From NCBI GenBank assembly GCA_032718475.1, contig JAUCBJ010006847.1, forward strand, positions 3,610 through 67,609: a DNA stretch of 64,000 nucleotides. Reading direction: 5' to 3'. The position numbers were made by a program, and so were the translations under genes. This DNA is from Nemertoderma westbladi. Lineage: Eukaryota > Animalia > Xenacoelomorpha. Below, piece by piece: positions 52,253 to 64,000 of the stretch. Position 1 is the first letter of the stretch; every line of letters starts with the position of its first letter. The notes under the pieces are model-generated. The model had not been told where the DNA came from, did not search any database, and was given only the letters and a program-made list of their open reading frames with translations.

Positions 52253-55200
52253 TAACATATGGAGTGGGCGTGTTACTATATCATTTTATATTTGTTTTTA
52301 TTTTATATTTATGTATGTATTATTATGTAATTTTATTATAATCGTTTTCTTTAATTTTATTTAGTAGAATGTTCTTTTAGTGATTATTTAGTAGATTAGT
52401 GCAATATATTAGTGTTTATTACGTACGTAATTACTTATAATATATATTTAGTGCGACGGCGAGAAATAATTATTTTTTCTCTTTCCTTACTGTCCGTATC
52501 ATATTATAAATACGTGACTACAGTAAGATGAAATGTCCGTACTTATTAAAGTACAATAAAGCCACTACTATATTCAAGTATTATTGGTAGGCAGAGTATT
52601 AGGAATGCAAAGTTCAGATCCTCGTGTCTCGGCTAAACCAAGCTCTGGGTAGACCTTGGAAACGACTTGCCTCTTCACACTGACATTGCTTCGTGCGATA
52701 TTGCTCTCATACCATATATAATAATACATATAGTAGCGTGATGTCCCTCTAACAGTAGCGTGAAACGCAAATAAATCTGTTAAACCTTTTGACCATCTGT
52801 AATTCTAGTCGATTAAGATATCGCGGCACCCACCGATATACTTGAAAGACAAATTCTAGAATCAGTGGTTAACGTCCCCAGACAAGTTCTGGAATAAATT
52901 GGTGCCCATCTCAAATATTAATTATTTAATATTTACAAATCTATAAATCAAAATCTGTAAAATTCAGATCCTTTAACAATTCTAGTCGATTAAGATATCG
53001 TAGCACTTACCGATACTCTTAAAAGACAATTTTCATAGAATTAAGGATCCTATGTCCCCAGACCTGCTCTGGAATCAAATTGTGTCAATTGTACTATCAA
53101 ATAATAAAATTTCAGGGAATAAATTTAAATTCATATTTTAATGAATTTAATAAATTGTCATTCTGTGCAATTTATAACATTCCCAAAAATCCCATTAATT
53201 AATAGATCACGGGAGCGGAGATTCATCCTATTAAGTGTGTTAGAGTGTGAGAATCTCCCATGTATGAGTCAATAGCCGATAAAATTTATAAAATCATGTA
53301 TAAACGAGATATTGGACCATTAAAGAATTACTATTAAATAGCATCCCAGATCTGTATGCATTGGAATTACCCTAATTCTACCGCTAGCTTTCCATAATGT
53401 CACCATAGTAACACCCACGCTAGAATTAGAAGCAAGTTAAAAGGGACAATAGAAAGCTTGCCCCATTGCATAGAGGGGAGTTAAATAGCGCACTGTTAGT
53501 ATCCAAGGATACATAATAATAACGTGGCATTCTGGAAGGCACTGACTAACGGACAAATGGCCCGAGTGTGTGCAATCAATTTGTGACAGTTGTGTGTGTG
53601 GAGTTTGTGAGTTTATAAGCGAATGTTACTACTAAGGTGTGTTTACAGTAGCGAGTCGCAATTGTGAAAGTAACCCTAACTCTCCAGTAAGAACCTGAAG
53701 TGTATCTAAGCCTTTGGGATGGACAGTGGAGTGACTCGTGCTAGTGTCGTTGTCGTTGTGTAGCTACACGTTGGCGGAAAACACAGCGGCGACGATACAT
53801 TTGCGCTGAGGCTCTTACACTGTCCGGGGGCTGATTGGGGTAGGCAGCGACGCTCGCTAGCCTAATTATAAGCTCATTATAATATGAATAAACTCATATA
53901 TAGCAGATATAACGGAGTTGATAGAAGATGGTCTTGGTATCGGGGAGCGATATACTCTACCTTTACAAGTGTTTGTTGATAGCTTGATACGCGGCGACGC
54001 TAGTCCAACTACTATGAAGGACGATGGTCGTTATATCGAACCGACGATTTCCTAGAAGCAACTTACGCGTGAATTGGACTATGGAAAATTCACCGCTCGC
54101 TACACGCATCGTAATAGTACGTATATGGACTTCTTAACCATTGGCCATTCTATCGATTCACACGATACGGACTATGTCGAACATATATCCTACCCAGCGG
54201 AGTCGGAACGATAAACTGAAATTCGAATGCGAAAATTCTATTCGAAATCGACTCGAAAGAAAAGACATTAGAGAGACAAATGGACGCGGTAACTCTAACG
54301 TATATTTGGAATCCTTGATAGAAGCATTGTAACAACAAATAAATATCATCCGCGTTTCCCCTACCAGACGTGCGTCTTTGGTATTATTACGATAAATGTC
54401 CTAGACCCAACTAATAAACGGAAAGACATAAACATCCACGGAAACCGAAATTTGTTCGACATATCACCTACGCTCGCTCGACTCAGACGATCCTTGAGTA
54501 AACCTACGATCATAGTTCCGGAATACTCGGTCAGACCACCTCGTTCCTTGATTAGACCTCAGACTTTCGATTCTGATGGTATCCCAGATCCTCACGAGCT
54601 GTATTCACTGTTCAAAGATCTAGTGCTACCCTAACAATTAATCGGTAACACTCCGGCAGCGAGCTCTAGCTAGCCGCCCATCTTACCTAGCCGTATTGGG
54701 ACGCGGACACCTAATATCACCATTCAACCGTATGGTCGTCCCAGTTTAACGCGATACAACCCTTCATCAAGGTGAAGGAGAGCGTTGTACGAAACGAGTT
54801 AAACGCTATTCTACAAAGATCAGAAAGGAAACCTGCGTTTGTTCAGATAAACGTAAGTTATAACAGCGAGTCCAAGCGGTAAACGAATTGGCTTTATCTC
54901 AGTTCGATTGGGAAATCTTGAATCTCTAAGAAGATATCGAGCTTAGACAACCCTATTCTCTGCGAGAGTTTTGGACGAGCGTGTCCAACGACAAGCGGAG
55001 GAAAATCAGCTCGAGGAGAAGCAGATCGAAATGGACGAGACACTGACCGTAACCCTAAACCTTCTGATGCAATGGTATTGCACCCTTCACCCAGGAGTTA
55101 CTTCCCTCCTAGTAAAGTGGCTCGCCCCAAAGAGAAAAGGACTCTTGCTAGCCTCAAAAAGCTGCGTAAACGCCGTCCGCGTAAGAAAGACTAACTGTTT

Positions 55201-55272
55201 AGAGTATTTTTATATTTTAGAAACTGTGATTTGTTATATTTTATAGACTTAAATCCCATTTTCTGGGAGCGG

Positions 55273-56483
55273 TGTAAAGGCTTTTGCGTAATTAGCCGGT
55301 TATTTTCCCCATAAAGTACTCTGTAGTTGGTTTACCAGGCATAAAAAGGCCGTATCCTTACTGTACTGGTGTTTTAGAGGACATAAAAGTAATTTCTGCT
55401 GTATGTGTACTTTAGCGGACATAATCCGCAATTCTATGATGTAAAAGCCGAAATACTCTTGAACAGTGTAGTTACTATGACGACAGCTAATAGCTGAGCT
55501 GTACACGTGGAGCCTCTGCACGGAGCCTTGGTTCTTTGTTCTGCTCAACTCAAATGACGACATCTATCAGCTGTGTCCACGTCAGTTCGACCAATCAGAG
55601 ATTTTCCCTTTGTGTAAAAAGCTGTACAGCAGAATCCCATGATTCAGTACTGACGATTCCCCCACGCCTTGAACACCGGCCAGGGAATGTTTTCTGACAT
55701 TAGAGCGTCTTTAATTATAAGATCATCAAACTGTTATCTCGGTACTGACTACAGCACCTCGGTCTTGGTTAACTTGGTCAACTTGGTTAAGTACACTTGC
55801 ATTATTTACTGCTATTTACTGTGTTGTTAATTGTATCGTTCGTTTACATATTATTATTGGGAAGAATATTGATAACGATCCGAAACCCCAATCTTCTTGA
55901 TACACTAAGGTTAGAGAGACCGGTTACATATAACAATTTGCGACATACATTATCGTGGTTTGTAGTGAGTTCAATGCTACTTAATAGGCCCTACAAATGT
56001 CGGTTGCTGTTCTCTTTATATATGATTAAAATCAGTGAATATCGGCAATTCATGTATGCAGTTGTGTGCAATAGTCTGTGTGTGCTTGACCGAGTAACAA
56101 AGCATTTCCTAAAGAATGCACTTTGGTGATCTATAAGACATACCGTTGTGTATAGTGTAAGTCATAGCTCTGTTTAAATAGATAGAGCGCCACGTCCTAA
56201 AGGAACTGCTAATATTTCCCGAAAGTGAATAATATTCGTCAGAGATTATATATTAACGATCAATCGAATAGTACGGTAGGCCTGCACCGCAATCAAATTA
56301 AAGCATCCAAATCCAGTCTCCCGGGTATATCCAGCGGGTGAATGGTCGCGCACAGACTGGCTTTGGCTAATGTTAGAATTATTATAGGTGTTCAATACTT
56401 GTCATAGGCTGGAGTAGATTTATAACCTAGAAGACATATAGATTTGGCGGGTTAAACTGCCAAAGGTCTTAAAAGCGCGAACA
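55273..56483 (+). repeat. 3' LTR
   Basis: See 5' LTR; followed by TSD GACAC. Confidence 0.95.
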
Positions 56484-56839
56484 GACACTACCAGCATACT
56501 GTACGGTAAATATAGTTTCAGTTGAAGTTTATGTCTGACACAAGACGTACATTAGTAAAGGCCATTAAGTCTTGTACACTGAAGGCTGGTATGTATGATT
56601 TATATAAAGAATTTCATAGTATTGTTTGGCGCATTGTTGTCTACAGAATGTGCGATTATACATAGATACTACATGAGCAGTAGAACACTATCATGTTACA
56701 ATAATTTAAATAATAATTTAAAAAATAGCGAACAAACTAATAGTTATCATTCTAGAAGACATATTTTTACATTATTGTAACACTACTGCTCATATAGTAT
56801 CTAAAATGTACTGTGTATTTTACTGTGTTGTATGTAGCA

Positions 56840-57842
56840 ATGTTCGACTCGGATTCGGATGAGGATTTGAGGCACGAGTAGTGGTAGGTGCTGCTGCAAG
56901 GAGACCAAAGTATCGGGAATGAATAAATTTCAATCGTATACTGGAGGAGAATAGGCAGCGATTCAGACTCAAAGATGAAAATTTGGCTCTTTTGATCAAT
57001 CATATAGGGCTGTTTCTAGAGCAGTCTGAGAAAAATCATGCTTTGTGCTCGGAGCAGCGAATCAGGTTATCCCTTCGGTACCTAGCATCTGGAGGGAGCA
57101 TGCATGATATCTCTGACAGCCATGGTGTCCATAAGTCAAGGGTGTCACGCACGCTTCGGCTTGTAAACGACAACATCCTTCCTAACAATGTGAAATGGCC
57201 TGCAGATTTTCTCCGATTTTGCCGGGTTTCCAAGCGTGATTGGTTGTATTGACGGGTCTCATTTTAAGATCAAGCGGCTGACAGTTGATGAACCGAACTA
57301 TGTCAATCGACATGGATACCACTCCATCAATGGTATGCTTGTTTGTGGCCCAAAGATGGAGTTCCACTATGTCCCAGCAAAGTGGGTGACATGGATCTGT
57401 AGGTGATGCTTGTGTATTTCGGAACAGCACACTAAAACAAAAGTTGAGCACTGGCTGGACACCTTTCAGGAATGGCGTGTTACTGGGAGACTCCGCATTC
57501 GCCAACAAAGAGTATCTTATAGTACCAGTACCCATAGCAAATACAGAGCAAGAGGAAAGGTTTATCGCCGCTACAAGAAAACTAGAAGACTCATTGAATG
57601 TGCTATAGGACTTCTCAAGCAGCGATTCCATTGCCTGTTGGGTAAGATGGAGTTCACCCTGGAACATTCCAAGAATGTAATATGCTGTTGTGTTGCGTTG
57701 CACAACCTGTTTTTGAAACCGTATGACTCTGAAGAAGCCATGAGAGACTTCGATTTGGAAGGCATTCTAGAACCTGAAGCTGGTGATGAGCCAATTGCTG
57801 ATGCTTGTCCATCGCACAGAACTAATTCTACTAGGATAGGCA
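56840..57842 (+). pseudogene. Harbinger (HARBI1-like) DDE transposase, frameshifted
   Basis: Fragments LSLRYLASGG, GFPSVIGCIDGSH, YVNRHGYHSIN, LLGDSAF, RRLIECAIGLLKQRFHCL and CCVALHNL across several frames. Confidence 0.92.
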
Positions 57843-59960
57843 TGCTGCATTGCAGCTGCATTTTTAAGAATGCTGTGTCGGCTTATCGACAAAATTGCAC
57901 CACCACAACTCCCTATCACCCATGATATTTGCTAGATCATCCACATCTTCAAGGCCAGTGTCCTTTAAGATGCGTCTCAAGAAAGTCATTGGCTGTCCAC
58001 CATGCTTATTCACTCCATGAGGCTGCCAAAGTACTGCCACTGGCTGGTCCTCACGGCGAAAGCAATGTCCTGCAAAGCAGAGGCGATTTTGTTCTAGTGC
58101 CAAGCTTGGGGGAACCAATGAGACACCTCAAATGTTATATAGTGTCGGGTTGGAGATGTGTGCATTGTACTTGACACAATGAACCCGGCGTAGCATTCTT
58201 GTGAATGTGCCATCCAGAGATTTGGTGTCCTCAACAGTTAGAGCCCAGCATGGACTCCCATAGAGGAGTACTGGAACTACTGCTGCCCTAAATAATCGGA
58301 CCTTAAGTTTCCGATTAATTCTCAGTGACTTCCAAATCCTGGAAAGCCTATTCAAGGCTGCCCATGCCTTTCCCTTACATATTCGAAGGTCTCACCTGAC
58401 TTCCGGATCCATGATCCCAGGTAACAGAAATCATCCACATGCTCAAGCATACCATCTTTTGAGCTTATGCTCATCCGATCAGAGACTTGCTGATGACTTT
58501 CAAAGTTAACTGTCAAAATTTTGGTCTTTCTGGAGTTAATAAAAAGACCAACACTAGAAGCAGCATGTTCTAATGAGCTGAGGAGCCGTTGGGCTCCTTC
58601 TGGTGATTCTGAGAGTAACCCTAAGTCATCAGTCTAGATCAGTTAGGTACTTGGCAGGATTTCCTCGACTTCTGGAGCCAGTAGGTGGAGTTATCATCAC
58701 CCCATCATCATTATGATGATCTAAGGACATGCGTAGAACATAGTCAACAACAATTATGAACAAGAATGGTGCAAGTGTGTCTCCCTGGACGACGCCCCAT
58801 AACACTTCAAATGGTTCTGTGTCACCATCAACAGTAGACACAAATGTTGTCGAACCATCGTATACTGATCTGATTGCTGCAATAATTTCATCAGGAATCC
58901 CATATAATGAAAGTATGCTGAACATACGTGATCGAGAGACTGAATCAAAGGCCTTGAAGAAGTCAACAAAGATAACAGCCAGATGCTTGTCTTTCTTTTT
59001 TGATGCTTGTCTTTCTTTTTTGATATCTCTTCAATTATCCTTCTAAGTGCCAAAATGGGCTCCATGGTCCCACGACCTTTACGGAACCCATTCTGATTTC
59101 CACGGAGCAGTCTCTCAATGGGATCCCTGCTGTGATTTAATAGAATTCTATTGTATAGCTTTGCAGCAATCGAGATCAATGAGATTCCCCGAAAAGAACC
59201 ATAGAGTGTTAGGTTGCCCTTCTTGGGAACTGGCACCAACTTATTTGTTTTCATTTCTTGTGGGACACTTGTTGTTCGGTACATGTCTACTATGTCTACT
59301 ATGAGCTTTAAACACTCCGGTATTTTAAATACCTCAGGGGGAACACCATCTATTCCACTGGCACGATTGGTCTTAATGCTCTTTGCAGCAGCCTTCACTT
59401 CTGCAAAGGAGATATCACCAATGGGAATATCTGGGAGTACAGACTCAGATACTTTTACTTCTATAAAGTTATCAGGCAATACCCTGTCATTATTGAGGAG
59501 CTTTTCAAAGTGGGCCTTCCAACCATTGAGGCGATCGGCTGGTGATTCAGCCTTAACCTTGGTGGTTGGTTGGCTTTTTCGACCAGCAAGCAAGTTGATC
59601 GATCTCCATGCCTGGGATGATTGCATGCTGTCGTCAGCATCATTGATGGCATCAACCTGTTGGTTTATTAGCTCCTGTAAATTAAGAGAGCACTGCCTGT
59701 TCAGGGACCTAGATGCAGCCTTAACTGCATTCTTGGCCGCTGTAGTCTGTTTGAGTGGGGACTCTTTCTGCGCCTTGTAGAGGTAATTTCGGCACTTCTG
59801 AATTTTGTTGTCAGTCCAGGGGGCCCGTTTCCTGTTTCGAGGGTATACAGGAACTGTTTCCGCAGCTGCTAACTTAACTGCCTCTGTGAAGGCAGTAGGC
59901 CTATAGCCCTCACAGTGATATGCCGCCTCAGAGGCAAGAACCTCATACCTGTTGCTCAGC
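57843..59960 (-). mobile_element. 5'-truncated LINE (RTE-like RT), frameshifted, inserted at the 3' end of the Harbinger transposase
   Basis: RASGIDGVPPE, FRGISLISIAAKLYNRIL, NQNGFRKGR, GVVQGDTLAPFLF, KVRLFRAAVVPVLLYGS, RLCFAGHCFR. Confidence 0.93.
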
Positions 59961-59999
59961 TGTAGTGTGAATTAATTAATTAACAGAACTAATTAATCT

Positions 60000-61680
60000 T
60001 TTTTAACTATTCAAGTTTTCGGTTTTTTAATAGATTGAGCGTGGAAAGTCGAAAATTTTAAATTTGATTGAAAACCATCCCACTAGATGTAAATGTAATA
60101 CTCCTTCAAAAAGACAATTTCCCACCCATTCACAAAGTAACAAGCATTTTCGGAGTATTTTTCAAAGTAGCTTATTGGGTTTGTCAAACTTCGAATAATG
60201 ATTTGGAAATGCGTTTTCAAAATATTGGCTTGTTGATTTATGATTTAGATGGAAATTTTTGGATGCAATTCATAAAGGGAAGCAGGAAAATTCGGTCCCG
60301 GACAATTCGGTCCGGACAATTCGGTCCCGGACAATTCGGTCCGGACAATTCGGTCCCGGACAATTCGGTCCCGGACAATTCCGTCCCATTAATTTTGTGT
60401 TTTGGGACCGAATTGTCCGGGACCGAATTGTCCGGAACCGAATTGTCCGGATACTGACTAGGACAATTTGGTCCCAAAACATGCAAATTAAGGGGTCGAA
60501 TTGTCCGGGACCGAACTAGGGGGTCAATTTGTCCGGGACCGAATTGTCCGGGACCGAATTGTCAGGGACCGAATTGTCCGGGACCAAATTTAATTGGTAC
60601 TATATAATGGTGAATGTTCTAGAACCTTAATATTATTATATGGTAGCTAGTGTTTTTTTACTATCTAGTATTTTATTGAAAATAAAAAAAATTTACTTTT
60701 TTTTGTTAACATTATTATTTATGGTAGCTATGGTGTTTTTATGGAGCTTGTGAATTATTTACTAGCTAGTAATAGTATGTATTTAAAATGTTTAAAACTG
60801 ATTTTTTTTATATATTGCGTATATATAATACTGTATGTGATGTTGGTTGTATTATCCTAGATAATAGCTGGATCTCTTTCAGGGACTGATATAATATCAT
60901 CAATATTGTTGGTAATTAATATAATCAAAAACAGTTTAGACCTAATTCTGAAATATCAATGTTTTCACAAGTTTTTTTATAATTTCAAGGAAATGCTAGC
61001 TAGTAAAAAAAACACTAGACACCTTAATAAATAATATATATTAATGTTCTCGAACACTTACCAATAACAAAATAAAAAAAATACAGTATTTTTAAAATTT
61101 CAAAAAATTCTAGCAAGTAAATAACACTAGCTACCATAAAAAATATCTCTAGTAATGTTCTAGAACATTCACCAATATCAAAAAAGCACTAAAAAGTTGC
61201 TATCAGGAACCGGACAATTCGGTCCCGGACAATTCCGTCCTAGGACAATTCGGTCCCGGACAATTCGGTCCCGGACAATTCGGTGCTAGGACAATTCGGT
61301 ACCGGACAACTCGGTCCCGGATAATTCGGTCCCATTTATTTAGTATTTTGGGACCGAATTGTCCGGGACCGAATTGTCCGGGACCGAATTGTCCGGGACC
61401 GAATTGTCCGGGACCGAATTGTCCGGGACTGAATTGTCCTACATCCTTCAAAAAGCAGAATGGTCAAAGTTTGATCCAAATTTTGACAAACCGAATTTAT
61501 TAATAATATTTGAAAAAAACATCACAAAAATGGTTGCTATTTTTTTGAACGGTTAGGAACGGGAGAGAATGTAGGTCAGATTTTACATCCAGTGGCATGT
61601 TTTTTGAAATTTTTTATAATTTTCTATTTTCAATTTCGAATCAACTTGAGTCAAACCATTTTTAAGATTGTTTATATTTT
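60000..61680. mobile_element. Foldback/MITE-type element with long imperfect inverted arms and 14-15 bp CGGACAATTCGGTCC arrays in both orientations
   Basis: Arrays at 60288-60590 and 61208-61440. CCACTAGATGTAAA (~60080) mirrors TTTACATCCAGTGG (~61582). 60608-60660 mirrors ~61125-61176. Confidence 0.65.
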
Positions 61681-62119
61681 TGCTTTATATATTTTGTGTT
61701 ACTTATTTATTTATCTTGTTATATATTTATTTAATTTCTAGATTTCTTATTTTTTAAAATAATACCTTGCACACATAATAATTACCAAAGTTGTAGTGTT
61801 CGAAATGTGCTATCATTAGTTTTTTAACCTGTACGTTTTCTTGGAATATGATGTTTAAGTTCGTGATGAAGAGAAAATTACTTATAATGAGAGTGTTCAT
61901 AAAAAGTTGTCACATAGTGACGAACAGCAACATGACACGATAGACTAATTTGAATTTTAACTTTTAATATAATATGTCCCTTAATATACGTACAATTTAA
62001 AGTGTGAACAACAGCCTGCAATCTTATGAATGATGTGAAACTATACCGGTAGGACAGGTCTTCTATAAATTTATTTAATCAAAATTACAAAATAAAACAA
62101 AATAAACTACACGGATTAC

Positions 62120-62885
62120 ACCTCAGGCTCATTGTAGTTGAAAGTGTCCAACTGATTAGGTAATAGGGTCCTCAGCATGGAGCTCTGAAATTCCAGTTAA
62201 AGTTTTTTATTTTGAAGCTACCAATTTTCGCAACGCAGCTTTATTTCCTCAACGTCCCATTTCGATTTCAATATCTCGCATTTTAACTTCTCCATCTTCA
62301 GCGACTCAATCTCTGAGATATCAACCATCTTTTTTTAAGCTGATTTTGACGGTATTCCCGAGCTTGTCGATGCCTCTTTGGGGGTTGAGGAAACCGTTGT
62401 GACACTGTTGTCACCTAGAGAGCTGGAGTGATTTTCATCCCCGGACTCCTCGACATGTCTAGTCACATGATGCTCGAATGTCTCTGGAATTGCAAGCCCT
62501 TTTAATCCCGATGTATCTCGACCGAGTGTATCACGAACAGCCTCATCCATACGTGACTGTTTCGCTTCAGGGCCTCCTCCGGCCGCTCCAGTGTGCCTCG
62601 TCTTGTCACGACGTTCTACGGCAGATGTACGAAGTTCTTCCATGTAACATCTCGCAGAAATGCCAAATCTTTTCCGGATGGAAGGGGATTGAAACCGTGA
62701 ACCTGAATACATTCATTTAAGAAGGTTTTCCTCGCTGCTATGCGATCTTCCTTCGTTTGCGTATCGCTAAATTTTCCAAATAGTTTGGATTTTCTTAAAT
62801 TAATTTCTTGGAGCAGAGCAATTTTTTCATTATTCTTCATTCTTATTACAGTTCTTAATTTCCAACTATAGACACCTACAATCAT
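62120..62885 (-). pseudogene. Harbinger ORF2, Myb/SANT-like DNA-binding protein, frameshifted
   Basis: MKNNEKIALLQEINLRKSKLFGKFSDTQTKEDRIAARK...LRDVTWKN, then RHTGAAGGGP...DEAVRDTLG and a coiled-coil tail. Convergent with the transposase inside the TIRs. Confidence 0.85.
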
Positions 62886-63972
62886 ACCAATAGTAATAAG
62901 GCGAGCGAGGGGTGCACCGCAGACTTACACTAATCTTTCCAGTAACGACAGGATGAGTGAGTTGAGTAGCCTATGGAATGATTGTAAACTCCACAATCCA
63001 ACAATCTTACAATAACACTAATAACAATAATTAGATGTTTATAGGTAAAGCTGACCAACAGTGTCATAAATGTTAACATATTTATTGGGTGGCCCATGTC
63101 ACTGCGATAACAATTGGTTAATTAATTAATTAACACAGGTTATTCTGTTAAATTTATGACACTATCATATGACACTCTTACCGACAGGCTGACCTATTAA
63201 TTGGTTAACTGAGTGTTTACTGGTTATCAGTATTAAATTTTCTACTGGTGAAAAACACTGGTTTTAACCAGTCCTTATTGCAACCGGATTTCTACGGGTC
63301 TGGTACCACTGGTAACTGGTGGTCTGGTAGCTGGTGAACTGTGGTAAACTGGTAATTTGGTGCAACAGGGCCCTGGGGCTAGATTGGATTTTGGGTCTGC
63401 TGTGAGTTAATTTACTCACTTACTAGCTGGTTATTTCTTTTTACCAATATTGGTCAATTGGGCCCCGTCCCACTTTATCAGAGCATAGCGGCATAGAATC
63501 ACATAGCGGATTGGATCCGCAAACACTAAAAAAACCAATCAATCAACATGATACATTTATATGAACCGATGATTACTATTTTTACATTCTCAAATTATTG
63601 TGCATCACGTTTTTTCTTCCTTAACCTTCTTAATTTTTCGGCATATTTTCGAATTTATCACGTCCTTTTTTAGCTTTTATACACTTGCCTAACCGAAAAG
63701 CGTTTTTAACCTGACAGAATTAATTGTTTAATTGGAACCCAAAACCGAAAGTAAACATTTGTGTCTAGTACGTAATTTGCACTGTGCCTTACCATACAGT
63801 ATATCATTATCTTAATCGTTGTGTTGTGTTTATATATCTATGTCAGTATGTTTATATTTTATTTCGTTTGTCAAATAAATAATCCCAATTCCAATTCTAC
63901 GCTGCGAAAGATTACAATGTTAGGTTATGACAAACCACATATTATACCTAGAAAAGTACTGATTTAACTTAC

Positions 63973-64000
63973 AGAGAACCAAGTTGGAGTCGTTTCGCAT
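63973..64000 (-). CDS. PAPPA: 3' end of the upstream pappalysin exon (partial, continues beyond the window)
   Basis: Reads CETTPTWFS|gtaagt, phase 0. Joins ATFSEYLAV (16658) to parallel PAPP-A C...TTFWLR/AYFSQPMV. Only 28 nt are visible. Confidence 0.7.

Larger units (their letters stand above)
45594..56483 (+). mobile_element. BEL/Pao LTR retrotransposon, young, internally deleted (non-autonomous)
   Basis: 1211-bp LTRs at 45594-46804 and 55273-56483 (TGT...ACA; about 5 differences by eye). 5-bp TSD GACAC (45589-45593 / 56484-56488). Purine tract GGGAGCGG before the 3' LTR. Confidence 0.95.
44897..63372. mobile_element. PIF/Harbinger DNA transposon (decayed), expanded to ~18.5 kb by nested insertions
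   Basis: Termini GGACTGTTGCACCA (44897) and TGGTGCAACAGGGCC (to 63372), both flanked by CTG (3-bp CWG-type TSD). Subterminal ACCAG/CTGGT repeats. Contains convergent transposase and Myb/SANT ORFs. Confidence 0.85.

Noticed and set aside
52592-52708. Ribozyme or pre-miRNA hairpin in the LTR element trailer
   Set aside because: Only loose outer pairing; no CUGANGA/GAAA hammerhead core in the correct order on either strand.
60068-61556. GQFGP/TELSG repeat ORFs
   Set aside because: These are translations of the 15-bp subterminal repeats of a MITE-like element.
56840-62885. Domesticated HARBI1/NAIF1-like host genes
   Set aside because: Both ORFs are frameshifted and lie within TIRs with a TSD.

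Overview
This is AT-rich animal genomic DNA, probably from a bilaterian invertebrate, with no prokaryotic features. The whole window lies inside a minus-strand pappalysin (PAPP-A/PAPP-A2 family) gene. Seven exons can be spliced in frame: 63973-64000 (partial), 16438-16658, 11619-11905, 10949-11140, 8699-8912, 7993-8118 and 945-1129. They encode the region before and including the CCP/sushi modules. One intron is about 47 kb (16659-63972). It hosts, antisense, three intact two-exon paralogues of the BCAP/BANK1/Dof adaptor family (TIR-like + DBB + ankyrin). These paralogues are mosaic with respect to each other and differ in their tyrosine motifs and putative BB loop. The same intron holds a nested transposon stack: a PIF/Harbinger element (44897-63372) containing a young non-autonomous BEL/Pao LTR element, a LINE, a foldback element and a 262-bp palindrome. 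Several smaller introns carry their own tandem repeat. One is about 48 copies of the exon end plus 5' splice site. Another is a 4.7-kb 45-bp array grown out of a CRE-type retrotransposon endonuclease. A third intron holds a repeat element with co-oriented CTCF-like motifs. All assignments come from manual reading and translation; no database searches were run.
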